A DNA stretch of 32,000 nucleotides from Vibrio alginolyticus NBRC 15630 = ATCC 17749. GTDB taxonomy: Bacteria > Pseudomonadota > Gammaproteobacteria > Enterobacterales > Vibrionaceae. Under the pieces are notes generated by a model, which was given only the letters and a program-made list of their open reading frames with translations, was not told where the DNA came from and did not search any database. A program made the position numbers and the translations under genes. How positions within the stretch are numbered: position 1 is the stretch's first letter; the number at the start of each line of letters is the position of its first letter. The stretch is taken from the NCBI RefSeq assembly GCF_000354175.2, contig NC_022349.1:1140001-1172000 (forward strand), given 5' to 3'. Positions 1-9,215 of the stretch are shown here, piece after piece.

Positions 1-1
1 A

Positions 2-457
2 CAGCCTACGGTATACCATCAACCTATTGAAAAAGTACAAGCTTACCCAGGTTACACACATCGTGAGTTAATCGGTTTGGAAGTGCATATTCAACTGCCA
101 AGGCGTGCTGCAACGAATGGTATTACGTTGAGAACTAACAGCAAGGCAACAGAAGATGATTTGATGTCAGGCTCGTGGCATCAAAACGCAGATTTAGTCA
201 CGCTACAAACTCAAGATCAAGCGAGCAAAGAATCACTGGTGTACAAAGTAACCTTGCCAATTGAAGAAGCAGATCATTACCTTGCAATGCAAGTAGCTTA
301 CGATGTGGAAGATGATGCCCCTGCTAAGCGTGAGTATTGGTTCCAAAACGGCATAAAACAGAGTGCAACTTATGGCATTATTTCAGACAATATCAAACAA
401 GACATAATTAAAAAAACACTCACCCCCGCAGTTGGCACACTAGGTTTTCAGGAGTAA
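2..457 (+). CDS. hypothetical protein, 5'-truncated by the window edge
   Basis: Frame 2 is open from base 2 (QPTVYHQPIEKVQAYPGYTHRELIG...) straight into tracked ORF 77..457, so the start listed at 77 is probably internal. Stop TAA is at 455-457. No recognisable motif. Confidence 0.5.
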   Translation, partial: QPTVYHQPIEKVQAYPGYTHRELIGLEVHIQLPRRAATNGITLRTNSKATEDDLMSGSWHQNADLVTLQTQDQASKESLVYKVTLPIEEADHYLAMQVAYDVEDDAPAKREYWFQNGIKQSATYGIISDNIKQDIIKKTLTPAVGTLGFQE

Positions 458-460
458 CCC

Positions 461-1405
461 TTGGCATATTCACCGTTTTATATCACCCCAGAAGAATTGG
501 CGGTTTATCAAGAAGCACAAGAGCAAGAGATTCTCAAAGGGGACAATTTAACAACATGGCATAAGTATGATGTAGAAGAGCCATTTCGCTACCATTACAA
601 GTTAACGGCTTTGCCATTTATGAGCTTCTTATTTGTAATTGTATTTTTGACACACTCAAGTGATACGCTTGTCGTGACCTTTTTTGGCCTTATCTTGTCA
701 GTAATGATGGCCGGGATCTTTTATCTTACGATTGGCCTCGACTATCGCTATGACTATATCTTTTCTGACAAAGGCTTTGTGATGAAGAAGCGTCGCAACA
801 TGCCTAAGTGGGCGAATACCGCCACACAAGCCGTTGGCTGGATCGGTGCGGTAGTTTGCGTTTTGATGGTAGCGGTAGTTGGCCCGATGGCGTTAGCTGG
901 AGCGGGCGCTCTTATTTTATTCTCATTTGGTATGTTAAAACGCAAGCCCGATGAACCAACAGAAGTGAGAATTGGAGAGCGTGAAGATTGGTTGTTTGCC
1001 GACTACAACAAAAAGCGCAAAGTGATCCAGTTCTACTTTAAGCAGGATAAGTGTGAATATATCGATATGGAACACAACACTATTGTCCGTTCACATAGTA
1101 GATCTGATTGCTACGTATTTTTCAAAACTGAAACGGACTTAGAATCGATGGTAAATCAGTTAGCTACGGAATATAAGCTGGATTGTACAGAGGTAGATGA
1201 CCACAAAAAGCTGTTTGAATCGAAGCCAGAATCAAGGCTCTTTAGTATTCCGGTTTGTAGTAGAGAATATCAAACCGAAGAGGTATTTGATTTAAGGGCG
1301 TCAAATGCCCCACTTCCTGAGCGTGAATACCTTTACAACGGCAAGTGGCAAACGGAATCTGAGATTGAAAAATCAAAATCTGAACTAACGGCAGCCAAGG
1401 TATAA
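461..1405 (+). CDS. hypothetical membrane protein (N-terminal hydrophobic helices, soluble C-terminal half)
   Basis: 314-aa ORF with a TTG start at 461. AGGAG (450-454) lies 6 nt upstream and the upstream stop is 3 nt away, which suggests translational coupling. Hydrophobic stretches include FMSFLFVIVFL, LVVTFFGLILSVMMAGIFYL and GWIGAVVCVLMVAVVGPMALAGAGALILF. No family recognised. Confidence 0.55.
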   Translation: MAYSPFYITPEELAVYQEAQEQEILKGDNLTTWHKYDVEEPFRYHYKLTALPFMSFLFVIVFLTHSSDTLVVTFFGLILSVMMAGIFYLTIGLDYRYDYIFSDKGFVMKKRRNMPKWANTATQAVGWIGAVVCVLMVAVVGPMALAGAGALILFSFGMLKRKPDEPTEVRIGEREDWLFADYNKKRKVIQFYFKQDKCEYIDMEHNTIVRSHSRSDCYVFFKTETDLESMVNQLATEYKLDCTEVDDHKKLFESKPESRLFSIPVCSREYQTEEVFDLRASNAPLPEREYLYNGKWQTESEIEKSKSELTAAKV

Positions 1406-1428
1406 ACCTTGGCTTGTTTACCTTTTTA
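1394..1428 (+). terminator. possible rho-independent terminator of the 461..1405 gene
   Basis: GCCAAGG-tataaa-CCTTGGC hairpin (1394-1413) overlaps the stop codon and is followed by a T-rich tail (ttgtttaccttttt). Confidence 0.35.
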
Positions 1429-1533
1429 CATCCCCCAAAGCTTTAGGTTTACTCTGATGTACAAAAAGAAAAATTGGTTCAAATAACGAATTTTTAACTC
1501 GAGGATAGGAGAGTAAGCCCGAACCTTCTATCC

Positions 1534-1968
1534 TCAACTAAACACCCATTTTGCACTGAGTAAATAGTTACTCACCATGCCTGCCAATATGCCTAAGATC
1601 AAAGCCAAATAGACCATCACCCCTTGCGTTCCTAGCGCGAGCGTTACGCCTTTGAACACAATAAAGTTCGGCAAAGCACTGATACAGGCACTCGCCATAA
1701 ATTTTTGCCATTGAGCGAAAGGGTTGGTTTTTTCTGCTTGAGAGAAAGTCAGCCAGCGATTGCCAAGCCAAGTCGTGGTTGCTGCAAACAAAAATGCTAT
1801 CCCACGAGCCAGCATCAACTCCAGACCAAACCAATGGAACAACACAGAAAAGATAAGGGTGTCGACCATAAAGCCGACACCACCTACCAGAGCAAACCTT
1901 GTTAACGAAGCAAACCTTTCCAGCGAAGCAAATTTTGGTAATTTGCGCATTCCGTTATCCAACCACAC
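1534..1968 (-). CDS. GtrA-family membrane protein (polyprenyl-phosphate-sugar flippase-like)
   Basis: 144-aa ORF with about four hydrophobic helices and a GtrA-like N-terminus (RFALVGGVGFMVDTLIFSVLF). It is the last gene of the GT2-GT39-GtrA operon. The start could instead be M7 (1950), which removes the 14-nt overlap with the upstream gene. Confidence 0.7.
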   Translation of the reverse strand: MWLDNGMRKLPKFASLERFASLTRFALVGGVGFMVDTLIFSVLFHWFGLELMLARGIAFLFAATTTWLGNRWLTFSQAEKTNPFAQWQKFMASACISALPNFIVFKGVTLALGTQGVMVYLALILGILAGMVSNYLLSAKWVFS

Positions 1969-3361
1969 AGGTGTAGAGTGAGCGTTTCGATTTTGCTGTG
2001 AACTCGTTGGTACAACTCAACGCATTTTCATGAATCATGCTATCCACTCGCTGCGATTTACCAATCAGGTGGAATTTCTTCAGATTGTTTAAGTCATTCT
2101 TATGTTTAAGCTTTTTCGCCTGACCATGACTATAGAACTGGCCTGAAAACGGGCGCTTACCAATGTAGAAGACCGGAGCATTATCATTAATTTGCGCGAA
2201 GATGATGCGGTCGCTGCGGCTATCTGCTTTGCCCATATTCAAAACCAACATCGCAATCATAAGCAGGGCTGGCAACACCGCTGCCGTTCCGGTCAACCAT
2301 TTGAAATCGTGTTTATCCACCAGCATTGCAATCAAGATACCCAACGCAGGCACACCCGGTAGCACGTAAGCAGGCAAAATATTCCCAGCCATGGTGAACA
2401 AGATCATTGGAGAAATCAGCCAACACATCAGGAAGCTAAACAAACCTTGATGATCGGTTTCAATGGCTTTGAGTACCTTACGACGTTTCCACGCCAAGAT
2501 AGGCAATACAATTGACCAAGGCGCAGCCGACTGTAGCCAGAATACCCAGATCATCCCACGTGGTTGATCATGAGCAGAACCATACAGGTCCCCTTCCCAA
2601 CCGCTGACAACAAAACGCTTAAAGTGCTCGCCAACAATAAAGTAATCAATAAATCCAGGCGTCGCCATTTCAGCCATGATGTACCAAGGTAGAGCAATCG
2701 CAAGCATGAGCGCCAACCCCAACACAATTGGAAAACGCTGCCACAAGGCTTTGAAGGCACCGAAGAAACCATGCTGAATCACAAGCCAAGGAAACACTGC
2801 GATGCCCATGATCACGATCGCCACCGGACCTTTTGCTAACAGCCCGCAAGCCAAGCCAAAGAAACCGAGATAACCCCACAATCGGCTGTGGTTGTCTTTG
2901 CCAAGCCAGCAGTAGTAAAAGCCGACCATCGCCATGGTCATTGCCAATGTCAGTGCCATGTCTGTCATCACTGCACCCGCCGCAATTGAAAAGATGCCAC
3001 ACGTCGCCAATACCAACGCTGCGATGACTGCATTAAAGCCAGCGCGATGCGCCATGGCTGCAACAAAAATAATAGTCGCGACACCCGCCAACCAATGAGG
3101 CGCGCGCACTGCGAATTCATTCAATCCAAACAACTCAATGCCGTAAGCACTCATCCACGTGAACAGGGGTGGCTTCCCCCAAAAAGGCACGCCGTAATCA
3201 AACTGTGGGGTAAGCCAATTGCCGGTTTCCACCATTAAGCGCGCCATTTCGCCGTAGCGGGCTTCTGTGGTGTCCATCAAAGGGTAAGCGGCAAGTGAAA
3301 TAAGACGGAGTAAAAGAGCAAACGCCAACAACAACCACAAATGGGTTTTATTAATACTCAT
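1955..3361 (-). CDS. GT39/GT83-type (ArnT/PMT-like) polytopic glycosyltransferase
   Basis: 468-aa highly hydrophobic ORF. The N-terminal segment ARYGEMARLMVETGNWLTPQFDYGVPFWGKPPLFTWM is typical of ArnT-like lipid-carrier-dependent periplasmic-face transferases. Confidence 0.75.
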   Translation of the reverse strand: MSINKTHLWLLLAFALLLRLISLAAYPLMDTTEARYGEMARLMVETGNWLTPQFDYGVPFWGKPPLFTWMSAYGIELFGLNEFAVRAPHWLAGVATIIFVAAMAHRAGFNAVIAALVLATCGIFSIAAGAVMTDMALTLAMTMAMVGFYYCWLGKDNHSRLWGYLGFFGLACGLLAKGPVAIVIMGIAVFPWLVIQHGFFGAFKALWQRFPIVLGLALMLAIALPWYIMAEMATPGFIDYFIVGEHFKRFVVSGWEGDLYGSAHDQPRGMIWVFWLQSAAPWSIVLPILAWKRRKVLKAIETDHQGLFSFLMCWLISPMILFTMAGNILPAYVLPGVPALGILIAMLVDKHDFKWLTGTAAVLPALLMIAMLVLNMGKADSRSDRIIFAQINDNAPVFYIGKRPFSGQFYSHGQAKKLKHKNDLNNLKKFHLIGKSQRVDSMIHENALSCTNEFTAKSKRSLYTCVVG

Positions 3362-3363
3362 GA

Positions 3364-4404
3364 TTACGCGGTTTCTCCCAGTTTAAACTTCATGGTTTGG
3401 ATGGATTGATGTTTTGCAGGCTGCTCGTAAACAGACTGAACAAGATAAAGAGGACGTTGCTTGGTCTCGACAAAAATGCGGCCAATGTATTCACCCAAAA
3501 GGCCAATCGACAGCAGTTGCACACCGCCCAACGCAAGTTGGACGACCATCATGGATGGGTAGCCAGTGACAGGCTCACCAAACACAACGGTTTTCATCAC
3601 AATGAATGCGCCATAGATAAAGGCACTGAACGCCACTAACGCACCGGCAAGTGTCGCTAAGCGCAAAGGACGAATGGAAAACGAGGTAATGCCGTCCATT
3701 GCAAGGCCAATCAGCTTGAGGTAGTTCCATTTGGTTTCACCACAGAAACGAGCGTCACGCTCAAACTGAACCGTCACTTGCTTGAAACCCGGCCAAGAAA
3801 AGATGCCTTTCATGTATCGGTTACGCTCTGGCAACGCATTGATGTGTTTAACCACTTTTGCGCTCAGTAGACGGAAATCGCCCACGTTCTCCGGCACATC
3901 CAATTTCGCCATGCTATTAAGCACTTTGTAAAAGCAAGCGGCCGAGAAGCGTTTGAACCAGGTTTCACCGTGGCGTTCACTGCGCTGCATGTTCACCACG
4001 TCATAACCTTCACGCCATTTTGATACCATTTGCGGGATCAACTCCGGTGGGTCTTGCAAGTCGGCATCAATCACAATCACCGCTTCACCTTGGCAGTGTT
4101 CCAGACCCGCACTCATGGCGGACTCTTTGCCAAAGTTACGGCTTAATGCAATACAACGAACGTCGCTAGAAGATTGAGAAAAGTTTTGCGCGATCATTAG
4201 GCTGTCATCTTTGCTGCCGTCGTCGACATAGACGATTTCGCAATGTTCTGGCATTTCATCCAAAACGGCGGCTAAACGACGATGAAATTCAGTCAAGACT
4301 TCTTGCTCGTTAAAGAATGGCACCACAACAGACAAAACTGTTTTAGGCTCAGTGTGTTGGCTCACCTTTGAAAAGGTTGCAGCGTGAATGTTGAAGGTTG
4401 ACAT
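3364..4404 (-). CDS. family-2 glycosyltransferase, polyprenyl-phosphate sugar transferase (GtrB/ArnC/DPM1-like)
   Basis: 346 aa with VVVPFFNEQE, YVDDGSKD, RNFGKESA and IDADLQDPPE motifs (GT-A fold, DXD) plus two C-terminal TM helices. Its stop lies 2 nt before the GT39 start. Confidence 0.8.
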   Translation of the reverse strand: MSTFNIHAATFSKVSQHTEPKTVLSVVVPFFNEQEVLTEFHRRLAAVLDEMPEHCEIVYVDDGSKDDSLMIAQNFSQSSSDVRCIALSRNFGKESAMSAGLEHCQGEAVIVIDADLQDPPELIPQMVSKWREGYDVVNMQRSERHGETWFKRFSAACFYKVLNSMAKLDVPENVGDFRLLSAKVVKHINALPERNRYMKGIFSWPGFKQVTVQFERDARFCGETKWNYLKLIGLAMDGITSFSIRPLRLATLAGALVAFSAFIYGAFIVMKTVVFGEPVTGYPSMMVVQLALGGVQLLSIGLLGEYIGRIFVETKQRPLYLVQSVYEQPAKHQSIQTMKFKLGETA

Positions 4405-4452
4405 GCTACTCTTCCACTAAATCCGATGAATGAATCCAGTCTACAAACATCA

Positions 4453-4487
4453 ACGTGAAAGAGATGTTATTGACATCTTTTTCACGT
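4453..4487. promoter_or_regulatory. 15-bp inverted repeat (candidate operator) in the divergent GT2 / response-regulator promoter region
   Basis: ACGTGAAAGAGATGT-tattg-ACATCTTTTTCACGT has 14 of 15 complementary positions. It lies between divergent start codons at 4404 and 4557. Confidence 0.45.
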
Positions 4488-4556
4488 CCTTAGTGAATAA
4501 TGTTCGGTTAAGACGAAGTCTTATTTTCGAACACCTGCCCACTTGGAGAGAAATAC

Positions 4557-5234
4557 ATGAAACGCGTACTTTTAGTCGAAGATAATCGAGAAATTGCAGG
4601 CATGCTGTTCGATTATTTTGAGTGTGCAGGTATGGAACTCGATTATGCAGACAACGGCGAACTCGGCCTGAAACTAGCGATGGAAAACACCTTCGACATC
4701 ATCTTGCTCGATCTCATGCTGCCACGCATGGATGGCCTGACCATGTGTAATAAACTTCGCGACGCGGGCAACAACACACCGGTACTTATGCTGACGGCGC
4801 TCGATAGCCGTGACGATATGCTCAAAGGCTTCCAACACGGTGCGGATGACTATCTGACCAAACCTTTCGATCTGGATATTCTTGAAGCGCGCATGATGGC
4901 ACTGATCCGCCGTTACCGTGGCACTGTCGCATCGAGCAAGTTGGAATACGGTGAAGTGTCTATCGACCAAAAAACGCGTAAAGCTTATCGCCAAGATAAA
5001 CTGTTGGCGCTAAACCCTACCACTTACACCATTCTGGAAATGCTTGTGAAAAGCGCGCCAGACGTAGTGACACGCGAAGAAATTGCCTTCCAACTTTGGC
5101 AAGAGAACGAGCCGAACAACGACGTTCTGCGCAGCCACATTTACCAACTTCGCAACCAACTTGATAAGCCATTTGAACAACATGTGCTTATCACCGTGCC
5201 GAAAGTTGGCTTCCGCTTGGAGACAGGTGCATGA
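4557..5234 (+). CDS. OmpR/PhoB-family response regulator
   Basis: 225 aa. The receiver domain shows LLVEDN, DIILLDLMLPRMDG and TKPF; the C-terminal winged helix ends in VPKVGFRLE. Confidence 0.9.
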   Translation: MKRVLLVEDNREIAGMLFDYFECAGMELDYADNGELGLKLAMENTFDIILLDLMLPRMDGLTMCNKLRDAGNNTPVLMLTALDSRDDMLKGFQHGADDYLTKPFDLDILEARMMALIRRYRGTVASSKLEYGEVSIDQKTRKAYRQDKLLALNPTTYTILEMLVKSAPDVVTREEIAFQLWQENEPNNDVLRSHIYQLRNQLDKPFEQHVLITVPKVGFRLETGA

Positions 5235-6517
5235 TCAATCGCTTACTTGCTAGCACGCAAAGCACACAAAGTATGACAGGGCGACTCGCTCTGTTTTTCT
5301 CTTTTGTGTCGGTCGTGATTGGCATCTTCTGCTTTTTGTTGATTACCGGCTCCCTGCTTTGGTCTGAAGACCGCGTGGGCGAGCGTCGTATTATGGTCGA
5401 CAAAAAAGAAGCAATTGAACATTTCCAGTCCCACCCAGAGCAAGGCAGTATTCAGCTTGACCTGCTCACCACTGCATACAACGACATCTCATTGGTTGCC
5501 GAGCGCTATCAAAAATACCTGATTGGTCAAAAGCACTTTCTTGATGAAGTAGAAGACGGTGAATACTCGCGCATGGTTTACATGAGCACTTACACCTACA
5601 AAGGCGTTGAACATCCCGTTATTCTGGTTTCCTTGATTGATGAAATCGAGATCACCTCAGAGGAATTCATTCTCGTCGTCGCTATGGTGCTGTCCATTGT
5701 CGCCGTGCTGGTGTTCCTGTTTGGTAGCCTCCTGCTGCGCTTATCACAACGCTTGATTGAACCCGTCAATGCGCTTAAAACTCAACTCGACCATCATCAA
5801 GGCGATGCTACGCAAACTTTTAGCGTGCCAGAGGGCTCGGCCAAAGAGTTCCAAACCCTCGCGGATGAGTTGAATGAGTATCGCCACAAAATCAACCAAG
5901 TCATCAAGCGTGAGCAAGCCTTTGCACGATACGCAAGCCATGAACTGCGTACACCGTTAACCGTAATGAAAGGCTCAAGCAGTTTACTGGCAAGAAGTGC
6001 GAACACGGATTTCCAGACCCGCCAGGTGAACCGAATTCAAGATGCAACGCAGCAGATGTCGACTATGGTGGATGCCCTACTCGGCTTAGTGCGTTACGAG
6101 CGTAATGCAGATGATTCACCAGTGCGCAGCATCACCGAAGAAGAACTCATCCAAATCATCTTCCAAAGCCAAGCTCAGGCGGATGAGAAAGCACTCAGCT
6201 TTGATGTACAGATCGACGGAAACCCAAAAACGCGCGCTACCAATGCTGTGTTGACCATTATTCTTGGCAACCTGATTCGCAACGGCATCGCCGCGACACC
6301 ATCGGGATCAATTCATATCAGCATCGGGGAAAACACCATCTCGGTACGTGATGAAGGCGAAGGCTTTTCGACCATTCCACATTCTGATGGGCACGGATTG
6401 GGTTTGATGATTGTGGATGATTTATGCCAGCGTTATGGCTGGCAATTTAAGATTGGTACACATCCAGAAGGTGGTTGTGAGGCGGTGATTGACCTTACGT
6501 CAGAGCATCAGGAATAA
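5231..6517 (+). CDS. sensor histidine kinase, partner of the 4557..5234 regulator
   Basis: 428 aa with a 4-nt ATGA overlap with the regulator. Two TM segments, H-box ASHELRTPLT, N-box LIRNGIAAT, G-boxes VRDEGEGF and GHGLGLMIV. Confidence 0.9.
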   Translation: MINRLLASTQSTQSMTGRLALFFSFVSVVIGIFCFLLITGSLLWSEDRVGERRIMVDKKEAIEHFQSHPEQGSIQLDLLTTAYNDISLVAERYQKYLIGQKHFLDEVEDGEYSRMVYMSTYTYKGVEHPVILVSLIDEIEITSEEFILVVAMVLSIVAVLVFLFGSLLLRLSQRLIEPVNALKTQLDHHQGDATQTFSVPEGSAKEFQTLADELNEYRHKINQVIKREQAFARYASHELRTPLTVMKGSSSLLARSANTDFQTRQVNRIQDATQQMSTMVDALLGLVRYERNADDSPVRSITEEELIQIIFQSQAQADEKALSFDVQIDGNPKTRATNAVLTIILGNLIRNGIAATPSGSIHISIGENTISVRDEGEGFSTIPHSDGHGLGLMIVDDLCQRYGWQFKIGTHPEGGCEAVIDLTSEHQE

Positions 6518-6626
6518 CCGAAAAGGTTGTACTGAAACACAGACTTTTTATCTGGGTTTAATGGCGTTACACTACGCGCCCTTTTTAAATGGCAAAGGTG
6601 ACACGGTTTATTCCGTCAGCATCGAC

Positions 6627-7523
6627 ATGAAACTCTCAGAAAGTCCTATCACCCAACATAGCTTTAATGGGCACAAATTTTTCCTTAAACGTGACGACAT
6701 GCTCCACTCCCACTTTTCTGGGAACAAAGCACGTAAGTTTATGACGTTAATGGAAGAGCAAAATCCCGACATCACCACGTTAATAAGCTTTGGCTCCGCT
6801 CAATCTAATGCCATGTACTCGCTAGCGGCTCTCGCCCAGATTAAAGGTTGGGCATTTGAGTTTTATGTTCATCACATTCCATCTTGGCTAAAAAGCTCCC
6901 CCATCGGAAACTATCGCGGCGCTCTCGATTTGGGTATGAAAATCACCGCCATGCAAGACATCGGTAGCGAACTTCACCCTAGTGAATACATCCACCAGGT
7001 ACGAAGAGTAGATGAGTCGACATTGCTGATTCCAGAGGGTGGACGTTCCCACCTCGCTGAAGCTGGCATCAAACAGTTAGCACGAGAAATTCTTGATTGG
7101 ACGCGATTGAGAGGTAAAGAGCAGTTTACGGTCGCCCTGCCATCAGGTACTGGCACGACGGCTTTATATCTTCATAAACATTTAAGCCCACACGGCATAG
7201 AAGTGCTAACTTGCCCTTGCGTAGGCGATGCAGATTACTTAACTGAGCAGTTCAACCAGCTCGGTGAAAACAGCCACCCAACCATTTTAACCGTGCGCAA
7301 CAAACACCATTTTGGTCGCTTGTACGAAGAAGATTACATCACATGGAAAGCACTCTTTGAGCAAACCGACCTCGAATTTGACCTGTTATACGACCCGTAT
7401 ATGTGGCAATGCCTCACCCCTTGGTTGGAAGAGAACACAGATAAAACGGTGATTTATATTCACCAAGGCGGGTTACTTGGCAACGAGTCGATGTTGCCAA
7501 GATATCAACGAGAATTTGAATAG
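6627..7523 (+). CDS. PLP-dependent ACC deaminase / D-cysteine desulfhydrase-family enzyme
   Basis: The tracked ORF starts at 6489 but overlaps the kinase gene. The internal ATG at 6627 (MKLSESPITQH...) is the likelier start. The FLKRDDMLHSHFSGNKARKF motif contains the PLP lysine context typical of this family. Confidence 0.7.
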   Translation: MKLSESPITQHSFNGHKFFLKRDDMLHSHFSGNKARKFMTLMEEQNPDITTLISFGSAQSNAMYSLAALAQIKGWAFEFYVHHIPSWLKSSPIGNYRGALDLGMKITAMQDIGSELHPSEYIHQVRRVDESTLLIPEGGRSHLAEAGIKQLAREILDWTRLRGKEQFTVALPSGTGTTALYLHKHLSPHGIEVLTCPCVGDADYLTEQFNQLGENSHPTILTVRNKHHFGRLYEEDYITWKALFEQTDLEFDLLYDPYMWQCLTPWLEENTDKTVIYIHQGGLLGNESMLPRYQREFE

Positions 7524-7562
7524 CGTGTTCAAATAAAGTTGTTGCTGATTACAGTGATTCCA

Positions 7563-8111
7563 CTATTTGATGAGCGCCAGAATTTCTTTGAATTCAGGTG
7601 CTCGGCAATCTTCGACCATTTCATACAAACACATTTCTAACCCAGTGAGCACCACACCGTTAGCGGTTAACTTCGCAAGAGCGAGCGCTTTATTGGCAGC
7701 GGTTCGGGAAGAGACACAATCCGTGACTAATTCAACGCGATAACCGGACTGGCGCAGAGAAACCGCGGTTTGATAGACGCAAATGTGGGATTCAATACCG
7801 CAAACCAACCAGGTATCAACTTTCGCGTTCTCCACCGCGACCTTAAACGTCGCCTCTTTGCAACCATCAAACGTGTACTTGGTAATAGGTAAATGCGTGC
7901 TTTCAAGCACTTCACGAATCGGCTCCGCGGTTGGGCCCAACCTTTCTGGATTCTGTTCTAGCCACAGAATAGGCAAATCTAGTGCTTTGGCGCCCTTTAC
8001 CAGTTTCGTGATATTTTCAATCAGTGCGTCGCTTTCATGCATTAATGTAGCGAGTTTGCCCTGAACATCCACCACAATCAGGCCCGTGTTTCCTTTCGAT
8101 AACATTTCCAT
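7563..8111 (-). CDS. isochorismatase-family cysteine hydrolase
   Basis: 182 aa with LIVVDVQ (Asp) and WLVCGIESHICVYQTA (catalytic Cys context). Confidence 0.8.
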   Translation of the reverse strand: MEMLSKGNTGLIVVDVQGKLATLMHESDALIENITKLVKGAKALDLPILWLEQNPERLGPTAEPIREVLESTHLPITKYTFDGCKEATFKVAVENAKVDTWLVCGIESHICVYQTAVSLRQSGYRVELVTDCVSSRTAANKALALAKLTANGVVLTGLEMCLYEMVEDCRAPEFKEILALIK

Positions 8112-8255
8112 CTCCTATCTTGTGCGACCACAAACCATACTCAACAAGTTGAGCAAAAGTTAATGTATCAGAACCCTTTCATGTTAGAGCAATAAAACCT
8201 AGAAAGATGACCTTCGCTCACACATTTGCCCTTAGGTAAGAGTGGTTTGAACTGA

Positions 8256-9116
8256 CTATTTAAATTTCTCTCGAATTAGTTCAATCAAGGCTTTGACTTT
8301 ATTGGGCAGAAATAAGGCCGAGGGATAAATCAGAGTAAGATGCTGCTTCGGATGCGCGAATTGAGGCAGCACCTCGACCAACAAACCGTCTCTCAGTGCA
8401 GGCTTGGAATGAATTTGAGGAATAAACGCGATGCCGTTTCCTGCTATCGCCATCGAGCGCAGCAAGTTGAGGTCATCCGAACGCAACGCCACATGCAGAT
8501 CTGAATCGAGCAAATCGGCATTGTAACGATTAGTTAAAAGGCGATGCTGCTTAAGATCTTCCACCGTTTTTACTGGCGGATGCGATTCTAGATAGGCTTT
8601 TGACGCAACAAAGTGACTACGATAAGGCAAAAGACTGAACTGCACATAGCTGTCATCGGTGACTTTGACCACGCTCGGAAGAAGCTGTAAATCAAACGAT
8701 TGACGCTTGAGATCGACACTCTCTTGATGGTTTTCAATCTCGACCGAAATCTCCGGATACCGCGTTGTGTACTCGGTGATGATCGCGTTAAACGCGGCAG
8801 AGCTCATCAATGCGGAAGGAATGGCTAAACGCACCTTGCCCGTCAGCTCTTGTTGATATTCATGCATGGCATTTAAACCTTGCTGAATATGGTCAATAGG
8901 CTGCCCCACCAACTCAAACAAGCGTTTCCCGTGCTCCGTCAACTCAATGCTGCGTGTTGTGCGGATCAAAAGCTGTACCCCGAGCGATTTCTCTAATTCT
9001 TGCAGGCGACGACTCACTTTTGAGCGTTGTAGTTGATTCGCCTCTGCCGCTGCGCTTATACCGCCGTGAACCACCGTCTGAGTGAATAGGTAAATATCAT
9101 CAAAATTAACGTTCAT
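8256..9116 (-). CDS. LysR-family transcriptional regulator
   Basis: 286 aa with N-terminal HTH FTQTVVHGGISAAAEANQLQRSKVSRRLQELEKSLGVQLLIRTTR. It is divergent from the HlyD/DUF2955 pair. Confidence 0.9.
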   Translation of the reverse strand: MNVNFDDIYLFTQTVVHGGISAAAEANQLQRSKVSRRLQELEKSLGVQLLIRTTRSIELTEHGKRLFELVGQPIDHIQQGLNAMHEYQQELTGKVRLAIPSALMSSAAFNAIITEYTTRYPEISVEIENHQESVDLKRQSFDLQLLPSVVKVTDDSYVQFSLLPYRSHFVASKAYLESHPPVKTVEDLKQHRLLTNRYNADLLDSDLHVALRSDDLNLLRSMAIAGNGIAFIPQIHSKPALRDGLLVEVLPQFAHPKQHLTLIYPSALFLPNKVKALIELIREKFK

Positions 9117-9215
9117 TGTCCTATTTTTAGGTCATTTATGTTCGTATTATCATTCTACTGAATTGTGAGTAACTTCTCTATAATCCGCTATCCAATATGT
9201 TTAACGGAACTTGTA

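Noticed and set aside
1501-1535. Hairpin GAGGATAG...CTATCCTC as the terminator of the GtrA gene
   Set aside because: It overlaps the stop codon and is not followed by a U-run on either strand, so it was not called as a feature.
9152-9163. ATTC-tact-GAAT as a LysR T-N11-A box
   Set aside because: The arms are only 4 bp and the spacing does not fit the consensus, so there is too little information to call it.
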